From positions 49,848,001-49,912,000 of the forward strand of contig NC_043008.1 of assembly GCF_006345805.1 (NCBI RefSeq): a stretch of 64,000 nucleotides of DNA. The letters run 5' to 3'. Of the stretch, positions 34,901 to 48,118 are shown in pieces. This DNA comes from Octopus sinensis (taxonomy: Eukaryota). The translations under genes were made by a program, and so were the position numbers. Every line of letters starts with the position of its first letter. Position 1 is the stretch's first letter. The notes below the pieces were generated by a model. The model did no database searches, was not told where the DNA came from, and worked only from the letters and a program-made list of their open reading frames with translations.

Positions 34901-35499
34901 CTGAAATAGACAAGAAAATAAATACAAAAGAAAAAAAACAACAACAAAGAAATAATGTTTAAATAAAATTCTCTTTAAGTCCTGCATGGTGTGAGCTCAA
35001 TCACTGGAACCAGTAAGGGTGTAATAATAGATTGTCGGATAAAACTGTTCGTAACTTTACAATTTTATTTGAATTGTCAAGAAAAATATTTTTGTTTTAA
35101 TGTTTGTTTTTAGCTCTATTCTTCCTCAATAACTTTTCTTTATTGTTTTTTAAATTTGAGTAAATTTCACCTCATTTCAGACATATGAAGGTTTACCACA
35201 TAAGAAAAAGGGAGCATTTTCAACACACCTGCTTCTCTTTGTTTTCAATCAAGGTTGTAAAGCTGCCATATATATATATATATATATATAATGGATAGCG
35301 ATAAAGAAGTCAGGTGAGTGCTGTACGCGTAATCAGTTATAATCCGTGTTATGGTTAATCGCATCAAGTTGTGAGGAGCATCTAGGATTACTTAAGGTAA
35401 GCCAATCCACTGTATTTCATCCAATGGTTAAATCCTGGATTCGCTTCACTGGATTATAAATATTTTACCGAGTGTATGTCTCTATATTCATTGTAATTG

Positions 35500-35534
<35 letters not shown>

Positions 35535-35541
35535 TAATTGT

Positions 35542-35583
<42 letters not shown>

Positions 35584-35639
35584 CCAGCATGGCCACAATC
35601 AAATGACTGAAAGAAATAAAAGACTATATACATACATAC

Positions 35640-36245
35640 AAGTACAGTTGTGGAAATCAGCTTCACGGCGGATGTTAACCTAAAGCTGAAGATCAGTGAA
35701 AAAGAGAACACCTTCGCTGAACTATTGAGAAATCTGCAGTTACGCTATCCAGATTACAAGTTCAGGTTTATACCTTTAATTCTTGGGACACTGGGATATG
35801 TAACACACTGCATAAATACCAATCTCGAGAAATTAAGCTTCTCAAAACCAGAAAGGAGAAAGCTAATTCGAAAACTACAGATCCAACCGTCATTAGAACT
35901 GTAAAAATCTGTAAGTTTCTAGAAGTTTATAATTTAAGTATATATGAGCATGTCTAGATATGCAACTATATGCATGAGAAATGGCAAAACATACAAATCT
36001 TCACATATACATACACACGAAAAGACCCTGCTGATGTTGTTGAAATTCCAATGTAGGAACCTTGGATCTAGGTTAGAAACCGGCTCTTTCTCTAGTGGCA
36101 TGAAATCTTGAAATAAAACTGAATAATGACATACATAAAAACATACATACATGCATACATACATACACACACACACACATAACATACATACATACATACA
36201 TACATACATACATACATACATACATGTATGCATACATACATACAT
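35640..36245 (+). mobile_element. R4/R2-type (RLE) LINE 3' end with 3'UTR and (CATA)n tail
   Basis: EISFTADVNLKLKISEKENTFAELLRNLQLRYPDYKFRFIPLILGTLGYV (RLE C-terminus). The 3'UTR ggatctaggttagaaaccgg recurs inverted at 50310-50550. Confidence 0.7.
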
Positions 36246-36249
36246 GTTA

Positions 36250-36495
36250 TGTTATGGCTGCCCCCTCGTTATCGAGTATGGCCATTGCACCACGAAGCTT
36301 AACTGTTACTGGTGTTGTAATCGAATGTGACCTTTTAGCCCAGCTAAAGATCTACAAGGTCTTGTACAGAATTGGCAACTAAGACCTTTACTGGTAATAG
36401 CCGGCTGTAGTTGTAACTGGGCTTCATGTACCTTTGCATGTCGTTTAAGTCCTCCTGCCGAATTACACTCTCTTCCACATGCCCGACAGATATGA
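36250..36495 (-). mobile_element. RTE-clade LINE 3' remnant with two C2H2-like fingers
   Basis: ICRACGRECNSAGGLKRHAKVH...SCQFCTRPCRSLAGLKGHIRLQH*, then a short 3'UTR (catactcgataacgagggggcagcc) and a simple-repeat tail. Confidence 0.6.
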
Positions 36496-37044
36496 TACAT
36501 ACATACATACATACGTACATGCATGTATACATACATACATACATGCATACATACATGCATGCATACATACATACATACATACATGCATACATATATACAT
36601 ACATACATACATACATGCATACATACATACATACATACATACATACACACACACAACACACACATACATACATTACATACATACATACATACACATACAT
36701 ACACACACCACACACACATACATACATACATACATACATACATACATACATACATACAGACAGACATAGTCACGTGCAATGTTATATTAGGGGTGGATCA
36801 TATGAACTGTAACCGGCTTTAATATCGCTCTTCTAAAACATAACAATATTAGTTTTAAAAAAACGATTTCAGATGAAAATTCTAAGAAAACAAATAGCAA
36901 ATTGAAAGATCACAAACAAACCTCTTTCTTAGAGAGCGTAAATATGAACTTTAAAAATAAAACTAGTTTCTTTATGAACCAACATAAATAGATTATACAA
37001 AACATCAAAGAGGTAGATTAATTATGTAAAATATGTCAACTTAC

Positions 37045-37379
37045 TCTTTCCTATCTTCCATTACTTTGACAAGTGTCGCTGCGGTAAATGCTTTCGTCAA
37101 AGAAGCTAAACCGAATAAAGTATGGTTGTCAACTTTATCTGAGCTGTTTAAGTTACGACGGCCAAATCCTCGTAGGTACACGACTTGGTTATTTTTCACC
37201 ACAGCTACGGCGCCTCCAACCATATTTTTATCTTCTAGCATAGTGTTGGTGAAATTTGCGATCATCTCGTGTATTTGGTTTTGGGAATAATTTTGCTCCG
37301 AGTCGAGACATTGGATCAAATCTGAGAAGAGGATTATAAAGAAACAGCAGAAAACAAGCAGAGCTCTGAATGTCAACAT
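37045..37379 (-). CDS. Secreted beta-lactamase-family serine hydrolase (gigasin-6/flp-like), coding exon 1
   Basis: Hydrophobic N-terminal signal-like segment MLTFRALLVFCCFFIILFSDLIQC; GGAVAVVKNNQVVYLRGFGRRN; catalytic S-x-x-K (S93-L-T-K96). Donor GA|gtaagt, phase 2. Confidence 0.9.
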
Positions 37380-38848
37380 GGTGAACTGGACAGAGATGGA
37401 GCGGCAGAAATTATATAAGCTGCATGTAAGGAAAATAATAAGGATTAAATCAATGAGATCGAACGTTTAAACAATTGCCGCTTGCATTGTCATCTATAGA
37501 TATGCGACTAACTACGAGAAAACAGTTATTTATAAGGTAACAAGGTGCGGTTGGTTTGCTGATAGGTGATTGGTTGATTTGGTTCGTAATTCTATGTGTG
37601 TGTGTGTATGTGTGTTAATGCTGCACATCATAACAAGGTGCGGTTAGTTTGTTTACTGGATGTTTGAGTTGCTCCTAGTTGTGTCTTTGTGTAGATAAAG
37701 ACACACGCATACTCACACACACGTATACAAACATATACACATATACATAGACGTTTACATATTAAACTGTGTGTGTGTGGTGTGTGTGTGTGTATCATAT
37801 GGATGTAATATATGTCTGGGTGTTTAAGCAAACATTAATCATAGTTGATATTTTTTTTTAAAACTCGGTTACCAAAACCAAAACAAAAACAAAAACAAAA
37901 CAAGTGTAATAGGTGTAAAATAATGTGTATTAAACGAATATGAGAACAAATAATTGCGTCAACGAACCGATTACAGAGAAATTTTGGGGGTAAATTTTTT
38001 CCGAGGGGATAAAATGAGGACATTCGAAGAGAAAGAATTTCGTAAGTTATGTTTTTGCAAGAGTGTAATGGAAAAAAAGTTTGAAAAAAACATTTTTAGT
38101 TTCATTTATTTTTCGTTTGAGTAATAGAAAAAGGTTTTTAAAAAGGATCCCATGTTTCATGGTGAGAGAAACAAATTCATAAATACGGTGTTGAATATGG
38201 CCCCACTATGGAAAAAAGGTAAGGGTGATTTAGCTGGTGTTTTAAGCACATCTCACGACCATCTGATACCTTCCTTCATTGTTTTATATCTTTTCCCCAT
38301 AAACACATTTGAGTAATGGAAAAATTATATAGATTTTGGTTTATTTCATGTTTATTCCATGTCAGACCATACCTTTCCCGACAGATAGGCCTCTTGATCA
38401 GAACAGATTTGTGCAATTTTTTGCGAAAAACATCGTTGAGGATTTTTTCTTCCTTTATAAATTATTTACATATCTGTTCGATCGCTTCACATGAATTTAT
38501 TCATTAAGACTCATTAAAACTTCAAAAGTTCTTAAAACTTTGGTCGTAGTAATGCTTTTGTTTTCGTTTGTTTAATAAAATTTCCTCCTCGTAATGATTT
38601 TGCTTTCATTTTCTGCATGTATCGTGCAGAAAATGCCAGCTTCCAAATCTCATCTTCTGATTAGGTAAAACTGATTAAACTTTAAACCTCAGTAACATTT
38701 TTCTGCAATTTTTCTGGAACACATAAATAACAAAATCGGATTTAATCTGGAAATTTATCTCAATATACCAAATTTGAAAATTTTGACGTAATTTTAAAAG
38801 CCTCAGGAAAGACCCTACAAAAGTGGAGAGACAGACAGTTATAGGACG

Positions 38849-38952
<104 letters not shown>

Positions 38953-38985
38953 TTACAAACGTACACACAGGTAATCACGATTTTA

Positions 38986-39550
38986 TTGAGTTGTCCGGAA
39001 AGTTCGTGCCGATTTTTAAAGAAAAGAAAAAGGTCAATAAATACTTGCCATTACATTTTTAATCAACCAAATATGAACCATTTTGTTGCACAATGCGTCT
39101 CCATCTTTCCTTTAACTTGAAAAGACCCTCTTCCCAGAATTGAGGTGGTTTCATGAAAAAGAATTCATCAAGGTATCTTTTACTTCATCCAAGGAATTGA
39201 AATTTTTACCATTAAGACTATTCTGCAGAGACCTGAATAAGTGGAAATCCGAAGGAGCAATATCTGGTGAATATGGAGGGTGGGGTAACACATCCCAGCC
39301 GAGCTGCAGCAATTTTTGTCTGGTTCCCAAAGCATCAAGTGCCGAAAATGAACTTTCTTATCTTCCATTTTAAAGGGTTACAAAATTAACACAGGTTATA
39401 GGAACATAAACCTTCTTCCACGAAAAGATAGCTTAAACTGTGCTCTAAATGGAGGTGTAGTCAAATCCTATTTTATGGACTCAACCATGTTCTAAAATAA
39501 GTCAAAAGGTAAGCTACTATAAATCGGCACGAACTTTCTGGACAACCCAA
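38986..39550 (-). mobile_element. Mariner internal-deletion derivative (565 bp)
   Basis: 30-bp TIRs TTG(A/G)GTTGTCC(G/A)GAAAGTTCGTGCCGATTT, TA TSD. Internal SDFHLFRSLQNSLNGKNFNSLDEVK. Confidence 0.9.
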
Positions 39551-40039
39551 TAAAATGGTGTAGAATAGACATATGTATATATGTATGTATATACGTATAT
39601 ATGTGTGTGTATGTCTGTGTGTGAGTGTTCCTTTGCGGTGGACAGCAGAAAAAACCCTACACCCTCTCTCCTTAAAGCTACATATTCCTCACACCTACCC
39701 TTCTCTCCCTTTTTAAAGGTTATGCGTGTGTGTATGCATGTATCTATGTATTTACAAAAGTATGTATGAAGCGTCGCGAGTATACGACAGCTGTATTAAC
39801 GTTAACGTTGCCACTCCATATTTGTCGTTTACACAACGCTGTTCTCCCCTTCCCTGATATCAGTCACACTCGCTCCTGCTACTACATTTCCCTCCGACTA
39901 ATACTCTTTGCAATCTTTTCATTTTATCATATAATTCGCCCAACCCATCCAGGGGGCCCATTATTGATCTTTATTGAAATCCAATTAGCCTATTATCGCT
40001 TGGAAAGACAGAAAACATTTACCTATGTTAGTTTTTATA

Positions 40040-40640
40040 TTAATGGAAAAGAGATGGGCCATACGGTTTCAATTGCTTGTACAGTGCTTTATCTTTGTAA
40101 TATTTCATCCGACACAAGCCTGACCTCCTTACTTCTAGTAATAGTGGTTCTGTGGCATTCTTTACATACCATGCTATGTTGTTTTCTTCTACTATAATGC
40201 TGTGTTCGCATCCAAAAAGTCCTCTTCCTCCTCTTTTTCTTGGTACATACAGTCTGTCTGTGTCACTTTTTGGGTGGAGTGTCTCATATCTAGTTAGCAA
40301 CTTCCTTGTCTTTCTGTCTAAGCTGTTTAGTTCTTCTACTGTCCATGCGTTTACCTCTGCACCATATCTAAGGAGTGAAACCGCTGAGGTGCTGATAGCT
40401 TCGATCTTATTCCGTCCGTTTAATTTCGGCTTAATTACGCAAGTATTCCATCTTAAATTTTTCTGTCATTTCTTTCTCCATCAATTTATCCATTTCCAAA
40501 ATCCCCAAGTACTTATATCCCGTCTCTTCTATCTACTTCATAACCTCCCCCGACGGTATCGTTAGCCCGTCCATACATTTGATTTTGCTTCACTTCAAGA
40601 CTAACACACCACACTTTCTCAGTCCGAACTCCATCCTGAT
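40040..40640 (-). mobile_element. R4/Dong-clade non-LTR retrotransposon relic (post-RT region)
   Basis: NKIEAISTSAVSLLRYGAEVNAWTVEELNSLDRKTRKLLTRYETLHPKSDTDRLYVPRKRGGRGL. Confidence 0.75.
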
Positions 40641-40707
40641 ATCAGCACTGAAATTATACACCGTATCAACGAGGGAACTGACTTGGGATCCATCTTTACC
40701 ATAAAGT

Positions 40708-40780
<73 letters not shown>

Positions 40781-40799
40781 AATAATAATAATAATAATA

Positions 40800-41745
40800 C
40801 TTGAGGGGTTATGTGTTACTTTATATTTGAAGTTACTAGATCTATTATTGTTATTCTGATAATTATTAGAGGGATTATATGTTAATTTATCTTTGAAGCC
40901 ACTATTGGTTAAGGCATTATTATTATAAGGGGCAGCTTTCTCGAAAATTTCTTTAGAGGAAGAGAGGTTAGACACTCTGCTACTAATATTAGCTATCAGG
41001 TTTTTAAATATTACAGGAGGGTGACTAGACTATTTATGTATATATTCGAGGTTCTCATTAGGCTAATGGAAATGTGTATCCAAGGAGGAGTTTAAATCTA
41101 GGGAAGCATCTAAATAATCAACTGTAAACAGATTAGTAGCTACTGTCATTTTAAAGCCTAATTGATTTGAGGTAGAAACAAATTGCTTTCTAAATCTATC
41201 AATGGAAATACCCAAACCGTCGTCACGGTATTGGCCAACATCATGAGATGGGTATTTATATCTCAATGTGTTTAATATAAACAAACCCACAAAATCACAG
41301 ACGTCAGCACTATCATATGACCCCATAGATGCATCAAATAGTTCGTCATTATGCGATTTTGAACCCATACTAATCCTTTACCGAACAGTAGTGTTTTCCT
41401 CACATGCCTGATAAAATCTTGGTCTATGGCATCAAAATCAATATATGATTTAGCAAATTCAATTTTTTTTTTATCAAAGTGGGATCTAGATATAAAGGGA
41501 TAAAAGTCGATAATATCAAACTGGGTAAATTTCGCCTTATTCTTATTCTTAATGTTCTTAAACTGCTATTTCATTGTTGACGCCCAGAAATTTCTCTAAT
41601 TTTATCATTAATGCTTCTAAGTATATTTTTAGCTAGTCGCCCAATTTCAAATCTCGCTGGGTTTAACAATCTACAAGTAGGATTATCATGAAAATTAGAT
41701 TTATAATCTTTTAAAGTAATACTCGCTTCTCTCTTAACTAAGCAT
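40800..41745 (-). mobile_element. Penelope-like element reverse transcriptase relic
   Basis: ITLKDYKSNFHDNPTCRLLNPA, FDASMGSYDSADVCDFVGLFIL, YRDDGL, VDYLDASLDL and LSSSKEIFEKAAPYNNNAL, across broken frames. Confidence 0.85.
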
Positions 41746-42620
41746 TCTTCGTCCGAAACAGATCGACAACTTCGTAGAGGAGGTTTGAGCAGTTCAAAGA
41801 AGTGATAGTCGGAAGAGGTAAGATCCGGACTATATGTGGGGTGTCCTAGCAACTCAAATCCCAATTTTTTCGACGGTTTCAACGATGCGGACGGCCGTAT
41901 ACAAGCGTGCATTGCTGTGCAACAATAAAACTTGCTTCGAAAATAGACTTTGGCGTTTGGTGCAAACTTCTGGCTTCATTTTTTGATCAGCATTTCACTG
42001 TAGCCTACACTAGTAACCTCGGACTCCCTTCCCAGGTAATGTTCCAGTATAGACCCTTTGGTCACAAAAAACAGTTAGCATCACTTATTCAGCGGAAGGT
42101 TGAACCTTGAATTCGCAAGTAGTTCCGGGTCTTACCACTTCACACTCTTCCTATTGGATTCTGGCCCAAAGTGATGGACTTAGGTTTCATCCTTTATGGT
42201 TTTTCTCTCTCAAGAATAATAATAAAAAAAACCCGCCTTCATTGTTGTTACCGTTGAGTAAGTGTCGACAGGTCCCTGCACGGCTGCACTTACGCGCTTA
42301 GCATCCATTTCGCACAGACTTTACGGAAGCGAAGCTTGTCGTGGATGATTTTGTACACTGAATCATGATTAATTTGTAGGGAACATGCCAACTCATCGAT
42401 GGTAAATCGTCGGCCGACAATGGTAATCTCTCGAGCTTTTCGTGTCCCCTTTTCGTGCTCTGTGTTAGTCCGGAATACTTTAAAACTTCTCGATCCACTC
42501 GTAAACACTTCTACGCGCTCTTCCCACATTGCCCTGAAAACCTGCAATGAATTTCAGTCAAACTGATACACTTGCTTCTTGTTTGTAAACCTGTCTTCGT
42601 CTTTTGTTTTTCTATAAATT
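41745..42620 (-). mobile_element. Mariner (DD34D) transposase relic
   Basis: RRFTIDELACSLQINHDSVYKIIHDKLRFRKVCAKW (HTH region), VLLLHSNAR and LLGHPTYSPDLTSSDYHFF (YSPDL motif); multiple stops and frameshifts. Confidence 0.85.
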
Positions 42621-42892
42621 TCAACTATGTATGTATGTATGCACATAGGCACACACGCGCACACACACATACACGCAAATACACACACATACACATTAAA
42701 ATGGGGTGGTTTTTGTGAAGCAATGTGAGGTGTGACTTTAAAGAATGCGGTTCTGTAAAGCCGGAATTATGCGAGAAGAAACAAAGTAAACAAAAAAAAA
42801 TGAAAATGAAAATAAAACAAAGTTGTAATTTTAATTTGTCTTTCTATAATTCAGAGTGAAGACTCCTTATTCAGGACACGTGTGTGTGTGTA

Positions 42893-42923
<31 letters not shown>

Positions 42924-42949
42924 TGTGTGTGTGTAAATACATACATATA

Positions 42950-43049
42950 NNNNNNNNNNNNNNNNNNNNNNNNNNNNNNNNNNNNNNNNNNNNNNNNNNN
43001 NNNNNNNNNNNNNNNNNNNNNNNNNNNNNNNNNNNNNNNNNNNNNNNNN
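42950..43049. other. Assembly gap (100 N)
   Basis: Run of N flanked by (GT)n and AT-rich sequence. Confidence 1.
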
Positions 43050-43457
43050 TAATAAATAAATAAATGAATAAAAATAAAAATATAATACAAATAAAAAAAA
43101 GCCATATAAACTGTGGCCAATTATAATTTTAGTGCTTATATCGTTTGTTTCTTGAGAAGGTTTTTAGAAAGCAGTTTTAATGCTGTCCTGTTTGGCCTCT
43201 GAAACAAAAACTACAATCTGACATTACTTATCGACGTTACTGCCACGATTTCCATGTAAAGGAAATGTTAGATGACAAGAGTTGTCGCTACTACGGGTGG
43301 GTAAGTTGGTAGGGGGCAGCACTGGTTATCTTGAATGATACGTTTAATTATAATACTAACTTACACCTGCATACACAAGCACATAGACGCTCACATACAC
43401 ATACACACACATACATACGTATACATAAACATACACACATACATGCGTGTGCGTGTG

Positions 43458-43490
<33 letters not shown>

Positions 43491-44239
43491 TCGAATACAT
43501 GCACTCATACATACATACATACATACATACCTACATACACCCATACATACATACATACATACATACATACACATACATACCATACATACATACACACACC
43601 ATACATACACATATACTACATACATACATACATACATATATATACATACAAACATAACATACATACATACATACATACACACACACATACATACACACAT
43701 ACATACATACACACACATACATACATACATACATACATACATAGACACACACACATACATACATACATACATACATACATACATACATACATACATACAT
43801 ACATACATAAACAAAGTTATACACACATCTATAGAGGGATACACCTACCTCAAATAATGGTTTCCCTCAAAGCCTGAAATTTTAAGGGAGGAGATTAGCC
43901 GATTCAACTGACCCGAATATATGACTGGTATAATATTCTATCGAATTCGGAAGAGTGAGAGGTAAAGATGAGCTCGTTGGATTTGAACTCAGATCATGAG
44001 TAACCGAAGTGAATACAGCAAAGCATTTTGATGAACTTTTTAACGATTCTGCCGATTCACCAAAGTCACACATGAAAAAAAAAAAATGATAAAGAAAAAA
44101 ATTTTCTGTTCTTAGTTAAACCACAATATCTGACGAGGTGAATAATCACAGAAACGACTGGATGTGTCGCGAAGTAACTTGTGGTAAATATCCCATATAT
44201 TTTTATAGATTAGAATAGACTTGAAGTCCGTTAATTGAC

Positions 44240-44450
44240 ATAGGCATGACTAGAAGAGCCAGCCTTCTTTAAAACATACGGGGTTGTGTTTGCTGTCTGT
44301 TGACGCTTTCATGGTAATTTTTTGTGAGTAATGCGCGACAGGATTGTTAATGATACATCCGTCCTTCAGTCCTGCATTTAGCAACCTTTTACGAACGATG
44401 TTATGCTCACAGACAAGCGACAAGTATTGAACTTTTCATTGTCTCCACTT
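44240..44450 (-). mobile_element. Possible Tc1 transposase HTH relic
   Basis: VSEHNIVRKRLLNAGL resembles Tc1 VSxxTVRRRLxEAGL. Short and decayed. Confidence 0.3.
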
Positions 44451-44704
44451 CGACACAACGAAATCGCTGGATTACAATTCTTTATACTTGAGGCAAAAGG
44501 CCTGAAAATGCTCAACTAGTACTTATTTTATCGATCTCGAAAGGTTGAAAGCAAAGTCGATCTCGACGGAATTTGAACTCGGAACGTAAAGCCGGAACAA
44601 ATGCAACTAAGCATTTTGTCCGTCGTTCTACCGATTCTACCAACTAGCCATTTGAATTTGTGAATTAAATTCACAATCTAATTGTTAATATTGTGGAGCT
44701 ATTT

Positions 44705-45300
44705 AAGGCGGCGTGCTGGCAGAATCGTTAGCACGCCGGGCGAAATGTTTAGCGGTATTTTGTCTGCCGCTACGTTCTGAGTTCAAATTCTGCCGAGGTC
44801 GACTTTGGCTTTCATCCTTTCGGGGTCGATTAAATAAGTACCAGTTACGCACTGAGGTCGATATAATCAACTTAATCCGTTTGTCTGTCCTTATTTGTTC
44901 TCTCTGTGTTTAGCCCCTTGTGGGTAGTAAAGAAATAGGTATTTCGTCTGTCTTTACGGTCGACCTTTCGGGGTCGATAAATTAAGTACCAGTTGCGTAT
45001 TGGGGTCGATCAAATCGACTGGTCCCCTCCCCCAAAATTTCGGGCCTTGTGCCTAGATTAGAAAAGAACATTGTGGAGCTATTTAAGGCGGCGAACTGGC
45101 TGAATCGTTAGCATGCCGGGTAAAATGCTTAGCGACATTTCGTCCGTTTTTACAGTCTGAGTTCAAGTTCTGTCGAGGTCAACTTTGCGTTTCATCCTTT
45201 CGGTTCGATAAAATAAGTACCAGTTGAACACTGGGGTCAATGTAATCGCTATAACCCCTCCCCCAAGATTGCTTGCCTTGTGCCAAAATTTGAAACCAAT
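44705..45300 (+). mobile_element. SINE family B multimer/dimer
   Basis: Two heads (44705, 45085), each preceded by ttgtggagctatttaaggcggcg, with alternative tails. Confidence 0.75.
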
Positions 45301-46090
45301 ATTGTGGAGCTATTTGAAACTACTAATTTTGTGACTTAATTAGATCAGCAACTTCTTTTCGTAAAGCCTCATTTCCGATTTTGTCGCACTTCCCTCTGGG
45401 CCATATGTATATTAAAACCTTTTTTCTGTTTACTTGCCTTAGTCATTAGACTGCGATCAAGCTGGGGCACCGCCTTAAAGGGTTCAGTCGAACAGATCGA
45501 TTTCACCACTTATTATTTTTCTTGCCGAGCCCATCGGGGACGTAAACAGACCAACACGTTGAGGCCGCTGTTCAGCAGTTGCAAACCCCAGCATTAAAGC
45601 ATCGGATACAATACTTACCTAATGACATTTGTTCCGGCTTTATGCGCCCCGTGTTCAATTTCCACTCAAGTAAAACTTTGTTTTTTTTATTCTTTCATAC
45701 TCTCAGCCGACAATCTAGCGTCATCTAAAACGCACACACACACAAACACACACGCACACATGAACGCACACACCCACGCGCGCATACCGCCACCAGCAGC
45801 ATCACCACCACCACCATCGCCACCACCTTTCTACTCTCCAAACACATAGTGGTTACACAAGACGACGCCAGGTGTCGTTGGTACAAACGTCTGTCCAGCT
45901 TTTTTCTTCTCTTATTTTGATTTTTTCGCATGCAATGCCTTCCCGGTGCAGGAATAAATACTCGTCGCTTGTGTTGGCTTCACGCGTAAATAAGAGGATA
46001 AAACGTTTACAGCTGTTAGAAAAAATATTCTTAAATGGGAACAGAAAACTGAACATGATACCGATAATGTGGCACACACACACACACACA

Positions 46091-46121
<31 letters not shown>

Positions 46122-47198
46122 CATACATACATAAAAGCATGTATGTATGCATGTATATATGTATATATATATATATATATACATGCGTTACTATATTCTT
46201 CTATGCGAACATATCTCTCTCTCTCTCTCTCTCTACCTCTCTCTCTACCTCTCTCTCTCTCTACCTTTCTCTCTCTACATTTCTCTCTCTCTCCACCACT
46301 CTCTCTCTACCTCTCTCTCTCCACCACTCTCTCTCTCTCTACCTCTCTCTCTCTCCACCACTCTCTCTCTCTACCTCTCTCTCTCCCCACTCTCTCTCTC
46401 TACCTCTCTCTCTCCACCACTCTCTCTCTCTACCTCTCTCTCTCTACTCCTCTCTACCCTCTCTCTCTCCACCTCTCTTCTCTCTCTCTTCTCTCTTCTC
46501 TCTCTTACCTCTCTCTCTCTCTACCCCTCTCTCTACCCACCTCTCTCTCATTCTCTCTCCCTCTACGTGTGTGTATATGCGTACATCTGTTTGTGTCCAT
46601 GCGTATGTATATGTACACATGCTTAAAAATGTGTTTGCGAATCAGTTTGATTAAGGGTGTGTGCATTCTAATTAATGATGTGAAGCATTCCATTTGTTCC
46701 TGTTCTTTCGCCCTCTCTCAGCCGTGACCATCCTGTCTTAACCGGTTGTACTGGCTCCCTAAAAAATGTTATCTTAATGATGAATACGACGAAGTACTTC
46801 TTTCTTTTTCTCTTTATCTCTCTATATCTACGATTATATATCTAGGCATGTGTATATGTATATATGTGTGTATGTATACGTATACACACACATCATAGAA
46901 CGTAATTGTGTAACTGGCTTTATAGAAAGTATGTGTATACATGTATACATAAACATCATATATATGGACAGACATGCACATAAGTCTATCAGATAGAAAC
47001 ATCGGTGTTCGTCTCCATTTTAGATTAAAACATTTTAAATCCAAAAGAGAGACGAGCATTGATGTTTCCATGTGATAGACTTGAAAATTGTAGAGGGATT
47101 CTTTAACATGAAACCAATGGTAGCCTTCATACACAAAAAAAAGAATCTTTATCCCCCAATGCGATGGTTGAGCTCTCATTCTCATTGTTCGATATTCG

Positions 47199-47257
<59 letters not shown>

Positions 47258-47258
<1 letters not shown>

Positions 47259-47748
47259 TAGCAGTATCGCCGGCGTTGCTCGGGTTTGTAAGGGAAATAA
47301 CTATATAAGCATTTTAGAGAGTTACTTCCCTTATAGATGCCAATTCGGGCTTTCTTAGCCATTTTTCTGTTTTGGTGTCTTCAAGCCATGAAGTCGTTGT
47401 TCTAAAAGAACGTGGTCTCCTTGACAACGCTACGACGTTGATTTCCTTACACTCCTTTCCCCACAGCTTCACGAGGGAGGGAAGGGGGAGAAGCAAACAG
47501 GTGCAGCTGTGAGCGTGGACGCCAACTCCGCCCGCCATCGACACACGAAAAATTATGCATTAAAATGGAATAAAAAATGATGTTAAATTATTTTTAAAAT
47601 CGTAGACTCATCGTTGACGCGCGCTAATGCCAGACGGGCTCGATATGAATCACAACTATAAGATACCCGAATTTGGTTAAACTGCACCGCAAAATGTGGG
47701 AGGAGTTAGGAATCTAAATCGAAGGGGACAGACACTCACACAACTAGA

Positions 47749-47760
<12 letters not shown>
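47258..47760 (-). mobile_element. Non-autonomous Helitron related to 32703-33085, within (TA)n
   Basis: Shares about 70 bp of 3' end (taactctctaaaatgc..atagttatttcccttacaaacccgagcaacgccgg..gatactgctag) with a different internal body. Confidence 0.75.
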
Positions 47761-47787
<27 letters not shown>

Positions 47788-47789
47788 TA

Positions 47790-47850
<61 letters not shown>

Positions 47851-47856
<6 letters not shown>

Positions 47857-48118
47857 TGTTGTGTCTGGGAGACTCATTTCTTTTAGTGTGTAATAATTTA
47901 ACTCAATCACCGGTGAAATTTCCATTTCTTTCTTTTTTTATTTTTCTAAAATGTTCGTTGCGTCTTGCAGCCTTTTCAATAGTTCTATTGAAAAGGTTGC
48001 AAGACGCAACGAAAATTTTAGACAAAAAAATAAATAAATAAATGGAAATTTTACCGGTGATTGTGCTAAATTATAAGACACTAAAAGAGAATGAGTCTTC
48101 CCAGACACAACAGAATAT
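47851..48118. repeat. Fold-back inverted repeat, about 132-bp arms, 2-nt loop (47983-47984)
   Basis: atattctgttgtgtctggga...ttttcaatag|tt|ctattgaaaa...cccagacacaacagaatat. The arms are moderately diverged. Confidence 0.9.
47984..48022 (+). ncRNA. Hammerhead-like motif with U3/A8 core variant
   Basis: TCTA-TTGAAAA-G-GTTGC(aagac)GCAAC-GAAA-AT-TT-TAGA. Stem I TCTA/TAGA, palindromic AATT. Confidence 0.5.

Noticed and set aside
42851-43120. ORF spanning X residues
   Set aside because: Crosses the 100-N assembly gap; not meaningful.
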